The notes under the pieces are model-generated. The model was not told the origin of the DNA and made no database searches. It saw nothing but the letters and a program-made list of their open reading frames with translations. Positions 10,958 through 19,917 of a stretch of 49,973 nt of DNA are shown piece by piece (position 1 is the first letter of the stretch; each line of letters begins with the position of its first letter). The stretch is from the sequence record DRR723986_6330. One strand, 5' to 3'. The position numbers and the translations under genes are program-made.

Positions 10958-11632
10958 CTAGCTCGGTACCGTAACAACAGGCACACTGTCGATTGAAATC
11001 TCGATTTGATCGGTGTCACTTTCCTTGCCTACAGGTCCGCGAGCAGGAAGCTGCAACTGTACCACAATGGCAGTGTCAATCGGCCCGTAGTTTCGAACGT
11101 TGCGAACCGTACATGTCACACTACCGCCACCCCTCGTCCACTTTGCGCTGAATCTCGTGCTCTCCAGCCCCCGCAGCTCATCACCATCCAGGACGATTTG
11201 AATGTTTCGACTTGGGCGGAAGCTGATAAGCGGCAGTGTTCTGCTGACAAAGGGGACTCCTCTTGTCGTTTGCCTATAAGCAGCCTGGTCGTCGTCATCA
11301 ATGGGGTTGGCGTCATCGTCGTCGTCGTCTGGCGGCGGTGGATTGGGATTGGCGGGGAGCGTGACACTAGCGCCGTCGATCGTAATTTCTAAAACGTCAG
11401 TGTCGCTTTGTATACGGTCCGATTCACATAGCCTGTTCGTGAGCAGCGCGAGGTGAAGAACCACGCTTGAGTCGTTGATCGATTCCGCTTGTAAAACAGT
11501 TAACTGCAGATCGCCGGAGTCTGTCCTCAAGACTGCTTGGACATCCTGAGGACTGGCAAGGTCAGATCCGTGGACGGTGACCGCAAATGAAGGCTCGGTC
11601 ACTGCTGGACCGATGCGAGTTAAGCTGGGCAT
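10958..11632 (-). CDS. hypothetical protein with two DTDxxEI domains and a Pro/Asp linker
   Basis: SD AGGAG upstream of the ATG. Internal duplication SDTDVLEITIDG / SDTDQIEISID. Linker PNPPPPDDDDDD. Confidence 0.85.
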   Translation of the reverse strand: MPSLTRIGPAVTEPSFAVTVHGSDLASPQDVQAVLRTDSGDLQLTVLQAESINDSSVVLHLALLTNRLCESDRIQSDTDVLEITIDGASVTLPANPNPPPPDDDDDDANPIDDDDQAAYRQTTRGVPFVSRTLPLISFRPSRNIQIVLDGDELRGLESTRFSAKWTRGGGSVTCTVRNVRNYGPIDTAIVVQLQLPARGPVGKESDTDQIEISIDSVPVVTVPS

Positions 11633-11675
11633 GACTTATCTCCTGGGCAAACGCGTTGCGAATTTAAATGTGTTC

Positions 11676-14600
11676 TCATTGAGCGTCGGGCAATTTTTCC
11701 TGGATCCAGCTTTGTGCGGCAAGTAAAGGAGATTGCGTGAAAAATGTTCTTGCTTTCGCACGTGACGCAGCAGCGGCTTGAACATCACCCTGCATCGCCT
11801 CCACTTCAGCTCTTTCCAGGTAAGCGTCACCAGCGGTCTCCAAAGCACTAACCAGTTGCGGTGACTGCTCGACAAGTTGCTCGATCTCCATTGTAGCAAT
11901 CTCGATCACGCCCGCGGCTTCATCGTAGGCTTCCTGCTCACGAAGTTCGGCGCATTTAAGTGTCCGCGCGGCCGCGAGAGATTTTGTATATTGATAAAAA
12001 TCGGGAAAATTGGCCGCAAGTGGCTCTAGGAGGCGGATCGTCTCGTCCAATTCACTTGACCGCAAATCCATGTCAGCAGCTTGCGCTTTGAGCAAACGGA
12101 AGTGCCCCAGGTGGTACAGGGCGGAAATATTGCGAAAACGGCGGTCACTCTTGTCTCCTGAGTACGCTTCCAACTCCACAGGAACTCGATCTAGCAATCC
12201 CGACGCTTCTTCCAGATCTCCGAGTTCGCGGTGGCAAGTTGCAGCGCGAAGCAATGCGAGGATAAAGACCGACTCGAGCGCGTCGCCAGAGCGATTGTCT
12301 TCCAGGAGCTCTACAGACTCCAGCGCCTGAGGCAGCGCGTCGGAAAAATGACGTTGGCCACATTTGTGTGCAGCAGAATCAAGGACGCACATCGCCTTTA
12401 TGTGCGCCACGGCGGCCAGATTCGAGCTCCAATTCGGATCTGCCATCATTCGCTCGGTGGTCAAAATAGCTTCATCCATCAGAGCGTCGGCTTCTTCATA
12501 ACGTCCGAGTCCAGTCAGCGTATTGCTGAGACTCTTTATCGCTTGAGGAAGCTTTACCGATGCATTTGAAACGGCCTGCAACTCCGAGGCCTCCCGAAAC
12601 ATATCGATCGCTTTGCGGACATTTTCAATTCCGAGATCGATCTTCATCTGCTTACGCAGGTTATCACCATGCGTCAGGTAGAGTTTTCCAAGCCAGTAGA
12701 TCGAATCGTTGTCGCGGCGGAACAGCCTGTTGTCAGGATGCAGTTCGTCAAAGTCCTCGACGAATTGCACGACCTCGGTATACAGCCAATTGCGTACGGG
12801 CGTCATGGCAGCGTCTTGCGAGAATTCTTCCTCGCCGCGTTTGACAAACCGCTGCGTCAAGACTTGCAAGCCATCGTAGTTTGCCTGCAGGTCTTCCTGG
12901 CTCTGCTGCAAGTCGGCGTTTTTACGTTGGAGAGTCTCCTTCTGCTCCTCTAGAGTTTCTTTCTGCTGCTCCAAAGTGTCCTTCTGTGCCGTCAGTACGA
13001 TTTGGTTGTCTTCAAGCGTATCGCGTTGGGTCGAGATCACACCATTTTTGTAAACGCTGACGGCATAAGCAGCAGACAATCCCAGTAGAGCCGTCAATAC
13101 AGTTGCGGCCAGGCCCATCACTGCGGACTTGCGTTTTCGTAGCACCCGACCGGCTCGCTGCACCATCGTGTCTGGCTTTGCAACAATTGGTTCATCGGCC
13201 AGCCAGCGTTCCAGATCCTTCGCCAGTGCTATGGCAGAATCGTAGCGAGCTTCTTTGTCTAGGCTCATCGCCTTCAAGCAAATTGCCTCCAGTTGCAGCG
13301 ATATACTGCTGTCAACTTCTCGTGGCTTGGGGAACTTACCGCGGATCACATCCTCGATAACTTTCCCCTTGTCGGTTCGCTTGATGGGTGGCCGTCCGGT
13401 CAGGAGATTGAAAAGCGTTGCACCCAAGCTGTAGACGTCGGTGGCGTCGTCGAGTTCGCCAACTCGGCCACCAGCCTGTTCTGGGCTCATGAATTCGGGC
13501 GTTCCTGCAGTGGCTCCCGGCTGGGTTGGAGCCGCCGTACTTCCGGACCGCGGGACGACGGGTGATTGAGTGCCGCCATCGGACGCCTCCGCCGAGCCGA
13601 TAGCCTTCGCAAGGCCCCAGTCGACGACCAATGTCTCACCATAGCGTCCCAGCATGATGTTGCCTGGCTTGAGGTCCCTGTGGAGGACTTGCCGGGAGTG
13701 CGCGTAAGCAATTGCTTCGCAGACGTCGATCATTCGGCGAATCAGGTTGCGCGTTGACAAGTTGCGTTCCGAAGCCGACATGCGAGCCTTCGACTGATGA
13801 AACTCCTTGATCGCATCATCAAGACTGTCGCCGCGAATGAAACGCATGCAGTAATAGGGACGACCGTCGCTGAACGCGCCTAAACCGTACACGGGGACAA
13901 TGCCGGGGTGTTCTAGCCGTCCGGTAATTTCCGCTTCAATCTGAAGGCGTTGGCGAGCCTCTGTGGATGGGGCGTATTCTTCTCGCACCTCCTTGAGCGC
14001 TACTTCTCGGTTGAGTTCCTCGTCACGAGCGACCGAGACCTCCCCCAGCCCACCTTTGCGGTGTGGCCGCAGGACACGAAAACGACTGTTTGCTCCAAGC
14101 GACTCGGCGTAAAGCATTGTTGAGCCTCCAGTCGTGCCTCCGTCTGTTCGCGCCGCTGCCTCGCTACCGGTCGGATCTCCAAAGATCTTGGTAGCGCCCT
14201 CGCTAGCGGTTTTCAACGACTGGAGGCTCGAATGCGCATCGCCGGAACGCGCAAGTTGCGCAGACACAATTTGGCGCAACAGTTTGTCTTCATCATCTGT
14301 GACGACACGATTACGGACGAGCGCTGCGCCAAGATCGTCTTTGGATCCATTGGCGACTTCGTGCATGGTGCGCATCAATGCATCGAGACTCACGTATCCA
14401 AGTTGAACGCCTAGTTGCCCGTAGAGGCGGTCCATGTCGGAGCCGAGCGGCGGGTCGGATTCGGGATTCGCTTCGGTATGCATCTCGGGCGCACCGGTTT
14501 CGCTCTTGAGTTGAACGGACTCAAGCTCCTCAAGCTTGCCCAAAAGGGCCACCTGTAATTCGGGCTTACCGGCAGTGGCCGCCTTGATAAATTCAACGCG

Positions 14601-14699
14601 TTGCGTGGGCTGAAGCTGAAGCGCATGGCGCGCAAGCGTATCGACTGTCGCGGGGTCGTAACCTGACAACGGACCTACTTTCAGATGGGGCGTGGGCAA
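11676..14699 (-). CDS. membrane Ser/Thr protein kinase with coiled coil and C-terminal TPR-like helical region
   Basis: GGLGEV, VALKE, HRDLKPGN, DWG and GTPEFMSPEQ, then a TM segment (AVMGLAATVLTALLGLSAAYAV), QKETLEE-type heptads and helical repeats. TTG start is uncertain. Confidence 0.92.
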   Translation of the reverse strand: MPTPHLKVGPLSGYDPATVDTLARHALQLQPTQRVEFIKAATAGKPELQVALLGKLEELESVQLKSETGAPEMHTEANPESDPPLGSDMDRLYGQLGVQLGYVSLDALMRTMHEVANGSKDDLGAALVRNRVVTDDEDKLLRQIVSAQLARSGDAHSSLQSLKTASEGATKIFGDPTGSEAAARTDGGTTGGSTMLYAESLGANSRFRVLRPHRKGGLGEVSVARDEELNREVALKEVREEYAPSTEARQRLQIEAEITGRLEHPGIVPVYGLGAFSDGRPYYCMRFIRGDSLDDAIKEFHQSKARMSASERNLSTRNLIRRMIDVCEAIAYAHSRQVLHRDLKPGNIMLGRYGETLVVDWGLAKAIGSAEASDGGTQSPVVPRSGSTAAPTQPGATAGTPEFMSPEQAGGRVGELDDATDVYSLGATLFNLLTGRPPIKRTDKGKVIEDVIRGKFPKPREVDSSISLQLEAICLKAMSLDKEARYDSAIALAKDLERWLADEPIVAKPDTMVQRAGRVLRKRKSAVMGLAATVLTALLGLSAAYAVSVYKNGVISTQRDTLEDNQIVLTAQKDTLEQQKETLEEQKETLQRKNADLQQSQEDLQANYDGLQVLTQRFVKRGEEEFSQDAAMTPVRNWLYTEVVQFVEDFDELHPDNRLFRRDNDSIYWLGKLYLTHGDNLRKQMKIDLGIENVRKAIDMFREASELQAVSNASVKLPQAIKSLSNTLTGLGRYEEADALMDEAILTTERMMADPNWSSNLAAVAHIKAMCVLDSAAHKCGQRHFSDALPQALESVELLEDNRSGDALESVFILALLRAATCHRELGDLEEASGLLDRVPVELEAYSGDKSDRRFRNISALYHLGHFRLLKAQAADMDLRSSELDETIRLLEPLAANFPDFYQYTKSLAAARTLKCAELREQEAYDEAAGVIEIATMEIEQLVEQSPQLVSALETAGDAYLERAEVEAMQGDVQAAAASRAKARTFFTQSPLLAAQSWIQEKLPDAQ

Positions 14700-15045
14700 T
14701 TGCTAGGGGCAAACTGCTAGAGAGGAACCGAATTGGCCGAGCAGCAGTCCGGAAGAGACATCTTAACATTTCTGCATCGTTATTGAACACAGTGCGATCG
14801 TCCGCTGTGCTTAGAACAAGTGGGAGCCAAGCGTGGACGGGGTTCGGTGCATGGAAAGCAGCAGTAGAAAGCCCGCTCGCGGTTCCTCGACCGCACTCAA
14901 CGCGGTGCTGGCTGATGCGCCAACGAGAAGTCTTTTTAGCGATTTTGACGGAGCGGCTATGAGCCCTTTGTCGGCGGAGTCGTTGAGCGCCGTCGCGTCA
15001 TTTGGCTAGTTACTGTGGTGAATCTGGCGTCCTGAATCTGCCATT

Positions 15046-15077
15046 GATAAAGGCCCCAAGCAAATGCTTGAGGCCTT
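15046..15077 (-). terminator. probable intrinsic terminator of the TIGR03009-like gene
   Basis: Stem AAGGCC-C-CAAGCA / TGCTTG-A-GGCCTT with a short U-tail on minus, about 45 bp after the stop at 15123. Confidence 0.55.
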
Positions 15078-15122
15078 GAGTGGTAGTTCCATGCCTGTGC
15101 CAGACCAAGCCTGTTGTCGCGA

Positions 15123-16226
15123 TTAGCGATTGATGGGTTGCCCAGGAGTCTGTGGGTTAGCAACTTGCTGTCGCGCCTCTGGTGGAATGTACGGCTTCTC
15201 CTCGACAGTCCAGTCTTTGCCAAGTGTGGTGGCAATGAAGCTCTTTCGAAACAGATTGGCACGCAACGCATCCATGACCGGATTCACGGAACGATTGTCG
15301 AATTGGTAGATTTCGCGAACTTGGTTCTTCGGTGTCCAGTTTGGCATGAAGACGACCATGGCCTTGGGCAGCGTGTCGGCTCGATCAAGGTAGATTTGCA
15401 CACGAGAATAATTGCCAGCGTCATCGGCCCGCTTAGGAACGACCTCCAGTAGCACTTCGTTGGGTTTGCCTTCGACGGCCACGTTCCGAATCCAGTAACG
15501 CCGGAGCATCTCATCCGCTTTAACACCAAATACAAACGGTAGCGGACTTTGGAACACTTTGTTGTCGCGGTATTCCGGCGGCAACTCAACTCGCAGCGCC
15601 TTCTTTTCGTTTTGATCGAGTATGTGGATCCAGCGACCGTCGCAAATCCAGTGCTCGCCATGAGGCTCATCAGGGTTGACTGCGTACTCCGGTGGCGATT
15701 CCTTAACCAGGGTTTCTAGCTTGTCAATTTTGTACTCAGCTTTGCCTGGATCTTCAAACTTCAGCGTGCCAACGCCTCTGCTGAAGTGGCCAGCCGCAAA
15801 GTTTGCTGGGTTGAACTGCCACCGCTGAACCGTGCACGTGTAACGTTTGATGTCGGCGGTTCGCTTTTCCCACACTTGCAAAACAGCGTTAACGAATTGC
15901 TGATCCTGGGCGCTGAGTGCCGGCCACGGCGGTTGTGCTACCTGTGCTTGGCCCGCAGCGACAGCTTGTTCAACCTGCACAAGTGGCACTCGGCGTTGCC
16001 CGGGTGCAAGTGGCTGCTGCCCGTTTTGTTGACTAGCTTGTTGCTGTGCAGCTTGTTGCTGAGCCATCTGCTGCCGGTACGCCTGCTGCTGCGCTGGCGT
16101 CATCTGCTGCTGTGAAGACGCTTGAAATGCGACGGCTGGAGTGATGGATGAAAGCACAATTCCCGCACCTAGAAGGCCAGAAAGTGTTGTGGCAACTATT
16201 TTTCTCACTCTGCAGAGCATTTGCAT
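15123..16226 (-). CDS. TIGR03009-like planctomycete exported protein
   Basis: Signal peptide, Gln-rich linker, then VLQVWEK, GEHWICDG, PLPFVFG and RYW motifs recalled for this family. Confidence 0.75.
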   Translation of the reverse strand: MQMLCRVRKIVATTLSGLLGAGIVLSSITPAVAFQASSQQQMTPAQQQAYRQQMAQQQAAQQQASQQNGQQPLAPGQRRVPLVQVEQAVAAGQAQVAQPPWPALSAQDQQFVNAVLQVWEKRTADIKRYTCTVQRWQFNPANFAAGHFSRGVGTLKFEDPGKAEYKIDKLETLVKESPPEYAVNPDEPHGEHWICDGRWIHILDQNEKKALRVELPPEYRDNKVFQSPLPFVFGVKADEMLRRYWIRNVAVEGKPNEVLLEVVPKRADDAGNYSRVQIYLDRADTLPKAMVVFMPNWTPKNQVREIYQFDNRSVNPVMDALRANLFRKSFIATTLGKDWTVEEKPYIPPEARQQVANPQTPGQPINR

Positions 16227-16464
16227 CTTCCTTGACGCTGGTGAGGGGACGGATCTTGAGCGCGGACCGGCAGACTGGAAGCCAGGCGGTCGGTTCTGTG
16301 GACAACAGTAGCAAGGATCATCAGTTGGCTTCTAGATGAGTTTCTCACAACAGCCCGAGTTTCCCAGAACAGCCAAACCGCTCCTTAATCAAGTCCGATG
16401 TTTGGCTATGATGGTGGAAAATCGTGCGAATCCGCCTCGTTCAACTACTCCGTAAAGTGCACAT

Positions 16465-17064
16465 TTGGTGACCAGCGATCATTCTCAGCCAAACGTGCCC
16501 GAAGTGCCGCCTGTTGCTAGCAAGCCGCTGATGCCGGATTCCACTGGGCCAAACTCCAGGCCGAATTCCACTGGCGGTTCCCCACATGCGGAGAATCTGC
16601 AGGGGGCGAACAACCAGTCGTTGAATTACACGCCGTCGCCCACTCGAAATCTTTGGCTGTGCATCCCATGGGCGGTGGCACCGGCATGTGTGTTGATCTT
16701 GGCTGCAGTCATGTCCGTTGGCGAAGGGCGTATGGTTTATTTACCTATGCTCGATGCCCCGGTGCCGGAAACGTGCGGCATGCGAAGGAGCCTGCAAGTC
16801 GATTGTCCGGGTTGCGGGCTCACACGAACATTCATCCACTTGGCACATGGGGACTTCCGTAAGGCGTGGAACCTGCATTCGATTGGAATTGCGTTATTCG
16901 CTTTCGTTGCCGCCCAGATTCCTCTCGCGGTGGTTCACTACGTTTCGACCGACATAAAATTTCGCCGAGCCATCACTCGCCGCAATGAGCAGGCGTTGAT
17001 AGTGTTAGCGATCGCCGTCATGCTGAGATGGGTCTACTTGCTCGCGACAGGAAATATACTTTGA
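16465..17064 (+). CDS. DUF2752-like membrane protein
   Basis: C-x8-CPGCGLTR motif followed by hydrophobic helices. Start uncertain. Confidence 0.8.
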   Translation: MVTSDHSQPNVPEVPPVASKPLMPDSTGPNSRPNSTGGSPHAENLQGANNQSLNYTPSPTRNLWLCIPWAVAPACVLILAAVMSVGEGRMVYLPMLDAPVPETCGMRRSLQVDCPGCGLTRTFIHLAHGDFRKAWNLHSIGIALFAFVAAQIPLAVVHYVSTDIKFRRAITRRNEQALIVLAIAVMLRWVYLLATGNIL

Positions 17065-17072
17065 CCAATTCG

Positions 17073-17912
17073 ATGGTAACAAACCATATCACATTGCACG
17101 CGCCCGACGGTTCTGAACTGGGCGTGACCGCAGCGGGGACAAGCAACCCGGATGCCCCGGTTCTGATTCTGTTGCATGGTTTTCCACTAGATAGTCGAAT
17201 GTGGATGCAGCAATTCCCGGCCAGCGAAGATTCGCTGTTAAGTAAGTTTCGAATACTTGCGATCGACTTCCGAGGCTTCGGTCGTAGCACGCTTGCCGTT
17301 GATAAGTACTCGCTCGGCAATCTGGCTGCGGATGTTGAGATTGTGCGCGGGCACTTGGCTCACGACACCAAGATTCACCTGTGCGGGCTCTCCATGGGTG
17401 GCTACGTCGCTTTGGAGTACTGGCGAAGGTATGCTGACCGGCTAAGCTCCCTGCTGCTTTGCAATACGAAGCCCGAGGCTGATACCTCTGAAGCGCGAGC
17501 TGCACGATTGAATCTGGCCGAACGGGTTGTCGAAAGCGGAAGTTGGGAGTCGATTCGAGGCATGATGAGCAAGTTGCTAGCTCACAAGAGCCCCGCTGGT
17601 GAGGCGGCTGCTGAGCAAACAACGGCAATGATGAAGTCTGCAAGCGCGGAAGCTGTCGCCGCAGCAAGTCGGGCCATGGCGGATCGCATCGACTTTACTG
17701 ATCGGCTCTCGGAGATCTCGATTCCAACATTGGCTCTAACCGGGCGCAGCGACACGCTTTGCCCGCCCGATCACACCGCCCAGTGGGCCGAGCGGCTGGG
17801 GGCAGGAACACTGAAAATCATCGAAGAAGCTGGTCATCTGAGTCCGATTGAGAATCCGGAAAAATTCAATTCCGCAATTCATCAATTCCTCAGTTCGCTT
17901 GACCAAGCTTGA
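17073..17912 (+). CDS. alpha/beta hydrolase (enol-lactonase-like)
   Basis: LLHGFP, DFRGFGRS, GLSMGG, catalytic D and AGHLSPIE. Alternative start TTG 17061 overlaps the previous stop. Confidence 0.88.
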   Translation: MVTNHITLHAPDGSELGVTAAGTSNPDAPVLILLHGFPLDSRMWMQQFPASEDSLLSKFRILAIDFRGFGRSTLAVDKYSLGNLAADVEIVRGHLAHDTKIHLCGLSMGGYVALEYWRRYADRLSSLLLCNTKPEADTSEARAARLNLAERVVESGSWESIRGMMSKLLAHKSPAGEAAAEQTTAMMKSASAEAVAAASRAMADRIDFTDRLSEISIPTLALTGRSDTLCPPDHTAQWAERLGAGTLKIIEEAGHLSPIENPEKFNSAIHQFLSSLDQA

Positions 17913-17961
17913 GTGACGTCGAGTGACGCCCGCACCAGCCGGTAACAATGCCGCATGGGCG

Positions 17962-18825
17962 CTACTGCCAGGTGATGTCTTCAGCCGACTGGATAACCTG
18001 TTCACCTTCAGCGGTTTGCAAAAGTAGTCGGCCATTTGCATCCACGCCGTTGCATAGACCGCTCAGTCGTTTGCCAGCGGTTCGCAGAGTGATTTGCCGG
18101 CCGTGCAGCAAGCAACGCCGCTGCCATTCCATCCGCCAGGATTCGTCTGCGTCAGTCGTCCAGTGCTCAACCTGCCGTTCGATCGACTCGACCAAGTGCA
18201 CAAGGACCGTTTCCGGCTCAACGGCAACACCTGCTTGGCGAGAAATGCATGTTGCTCGTTCTGCAATCTCACTGGGGGCAGAGCCCCAGTCCATCTGGAC
18301 GTTTAATCCGATGCCAACGATCCAACGCAATCCATCGGTGCAGTTGACCGACTCGATTAGAATGCCAGCAGCCTTCTTTCTCGATAGGTAGACATCATTG
18401 GGCCACTTCAATGACAGTTGAAGTCCCTCGCGGGCGTCTTCCTGCCAGGCTTCGATGGTCTCTGCGACAGCCAAGCCGATGTGAAGGGCCAGAAGTGGAA
18501 TCCGTTCTGCCTGGCTCGGGGAGTCGTTGACAGACAGTGCGAGGGACAGCATTAGGCATCCATCGGGCGACCACCACTGATTGCCTCCGCGTCCGCGACC
18601 GGCGGTTTGCTGGTCCGCTACGACTAATAGCCGCTTGTCGGTCGATGGAGTCGTGCTGCCGTCAAGCCTTCGCCGTAGTTCATCGCTTGTTGAGTCGATG
18701 CTTTCCAACCAGGCAACTTCGCTTACCCAGCGTCGATTCAAGATGGATTCTACGGTTGCCTGGCGTGATTGAATCATGGGCTTGGGCATTTCAAACTCAC
18801 AGCTTGCAACTTTCTGCAAGTCCAT
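17962..18825 (-). CDS. birA: biotin--[acetyl-CoA-carboxylase] ligase, monofunctional (no N-terminal HTH)
   Basis: IDSTS, QTAGRGRGGNQW, KWPND, KAAGILIE and GIGLNV. Confidence 0.92.
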   Translation of the reverse strand: MDLQKVASCEFEMPKPMIQSRQATVESILNRRWVSEVAWLESIDSTSDELRRRLDGSTTPSTDKRLLVVADQQTAGRGRGGNQWWSPDGCLMLSLALSVNDSPSQAERIPLLALHIGLAVAETIEAWQEDAREGLQLSLKWPNDVYLSRKKAAGILIESVNCTDGLRWIVGIGLNVQMDWGSAPSEIAERATCISRQAGVAVEPETVLVHLVESIERQVEHWTTDADESWRMEWQRRCLLHGRQITLRTAGKRLSGLCNGVDANGRLLLQTAEGEQVIQSAEDITWQ

Positions 18826-18835
18826 GTGTCGTGAA

Positions 18836-19858
18836 TCATTTCGATGCGAGGGCGACCGTCAGGACGAGAGCAAGTGCAAAAACTCCGACGACGGTCAAGA
18901 ACATCCAGCTAACGCTCCGGCCGTTTTCCGGAGCCAATTTGGTCTGCAGCAGCTTCAGCCCAGGGTCAACGACGCTACCGGCGCCAACGTCGTCCGCCGC
19001 AGCATCGATATGCTCGCTGTCACCCAGGATTTGGCGTTGTTCGGGCGAGTCGAGCGCTCCGATCATCACACCCTGAACTGTTCTCGCGTTGAATGGTCGG
19101 TCGTTGGGATCTTTTTGCAATAATTGGTGCACAATATTGCAAATTGGTTTCGGGACATCCGAAACTAACTCTTCCACCCTGGGCGGATCTTTAAAAAGGT
19201 GTTGCTCGAATAGATTGGCAAAATTGGTCCCTTGGAAAGGTTTTTGCCCAGTTAGAAGTTCGAACAACACGCAGCCCAGAGAGTAAAGATCAGCTTGGCC
19301 GGTCAGATTATTGTCGCCGCGGATTTGTTCGGGAGGCATGTACGAATTGGTACCAACGGTCAGCCCTTGGTTGGTCAAGTCTGCGGAATTGGTGTCACGA
19401 GCGATGCCGAAATCCCCAAGCTTGACGCTTGCTTCCATCGTCATGAAAAGATTCGATGGCTTCAAATCGCGATGAATAATGCCGAAGTTATGCGCGTGCT
19501 GAAGCGCACTGCAGACTTGACGGCCAATCGACGCGACCTCAGCCCAGTTGAGGCGATCGTAGCGTTGGAGCAAGTCGCTGACGTTGCCACCGTCCAAAAT
19601 TTCCATCGCGTAAAAGAGTTGCCCGTCCCGTTCGCCATCACCGTAATAGTGGATAATGTGCGGATGTTTGAGTCGTTCCAGGATGGCAATCTCGCGCCGA
19701 AACCGAGCTCGAACCAATTCGTCTGCCGAAACAGCTTTCTGCAAGAATTTGACGGCGACCATGTCTCCCGTTGACTTGATCTTCGCGCGGAACACATCCC
19801 CTACTGTGCCCGTGCCGAGCGATTCTCCCAACTCGAGGTCGTCGAATTCGATTTTCAT
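18836..19858 (-). CDS. Ser/Thr protein kinase with C-terminal membrane anchor
   Basis: LGTGTVG, VAVK, HRDLKPSN, DFG and YMPPEQ, with a C-terminal hydrophobic helix. Confidence 0.92.
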   Translation of the reverse strand: MKIEFDDLELGESLGTGTVGDVFRAKIKSTGDMVAVKFLQKAVSADELVRARFRREIAILERLKHPHIIHYYGDGERDGQLFYAMEILDGGNVSDLLQRYDRLNWAEVASIGRQVCSALQHAHNFGIIHRDLKPSNLFMTMEASVKLGDFGIARDTNSADLTNQGLTVGTNSYMPPEQIRGDNNLTGQADLYSLGCVLFELLTGQKPFQGTNFANLFEQHLFKDPPRVEELVSDVPKPICNIVHQLLQKDPNDRPFNARTVQGVMIGALDSPEQRQILGDSEHIDAAADDVGAGSVVDPGLKLLQTKLAPENGRSVSWMFLTVVGVFALALVLTVALASK

Positions 19859-19917
19859 TCGCTTCGATTCCGTCTAACAGTCACCTGCACTCCGGTTAGA
19901 TTGCAGGGCTGACGAAC

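Noticed and set aside
10591-14699. DTD motif as a RiPP core or amyloid-signalling motif
   Set aside because: No RiPP maturase, NTPase/NLR or matching motif at the kinase N-terminus is visible.
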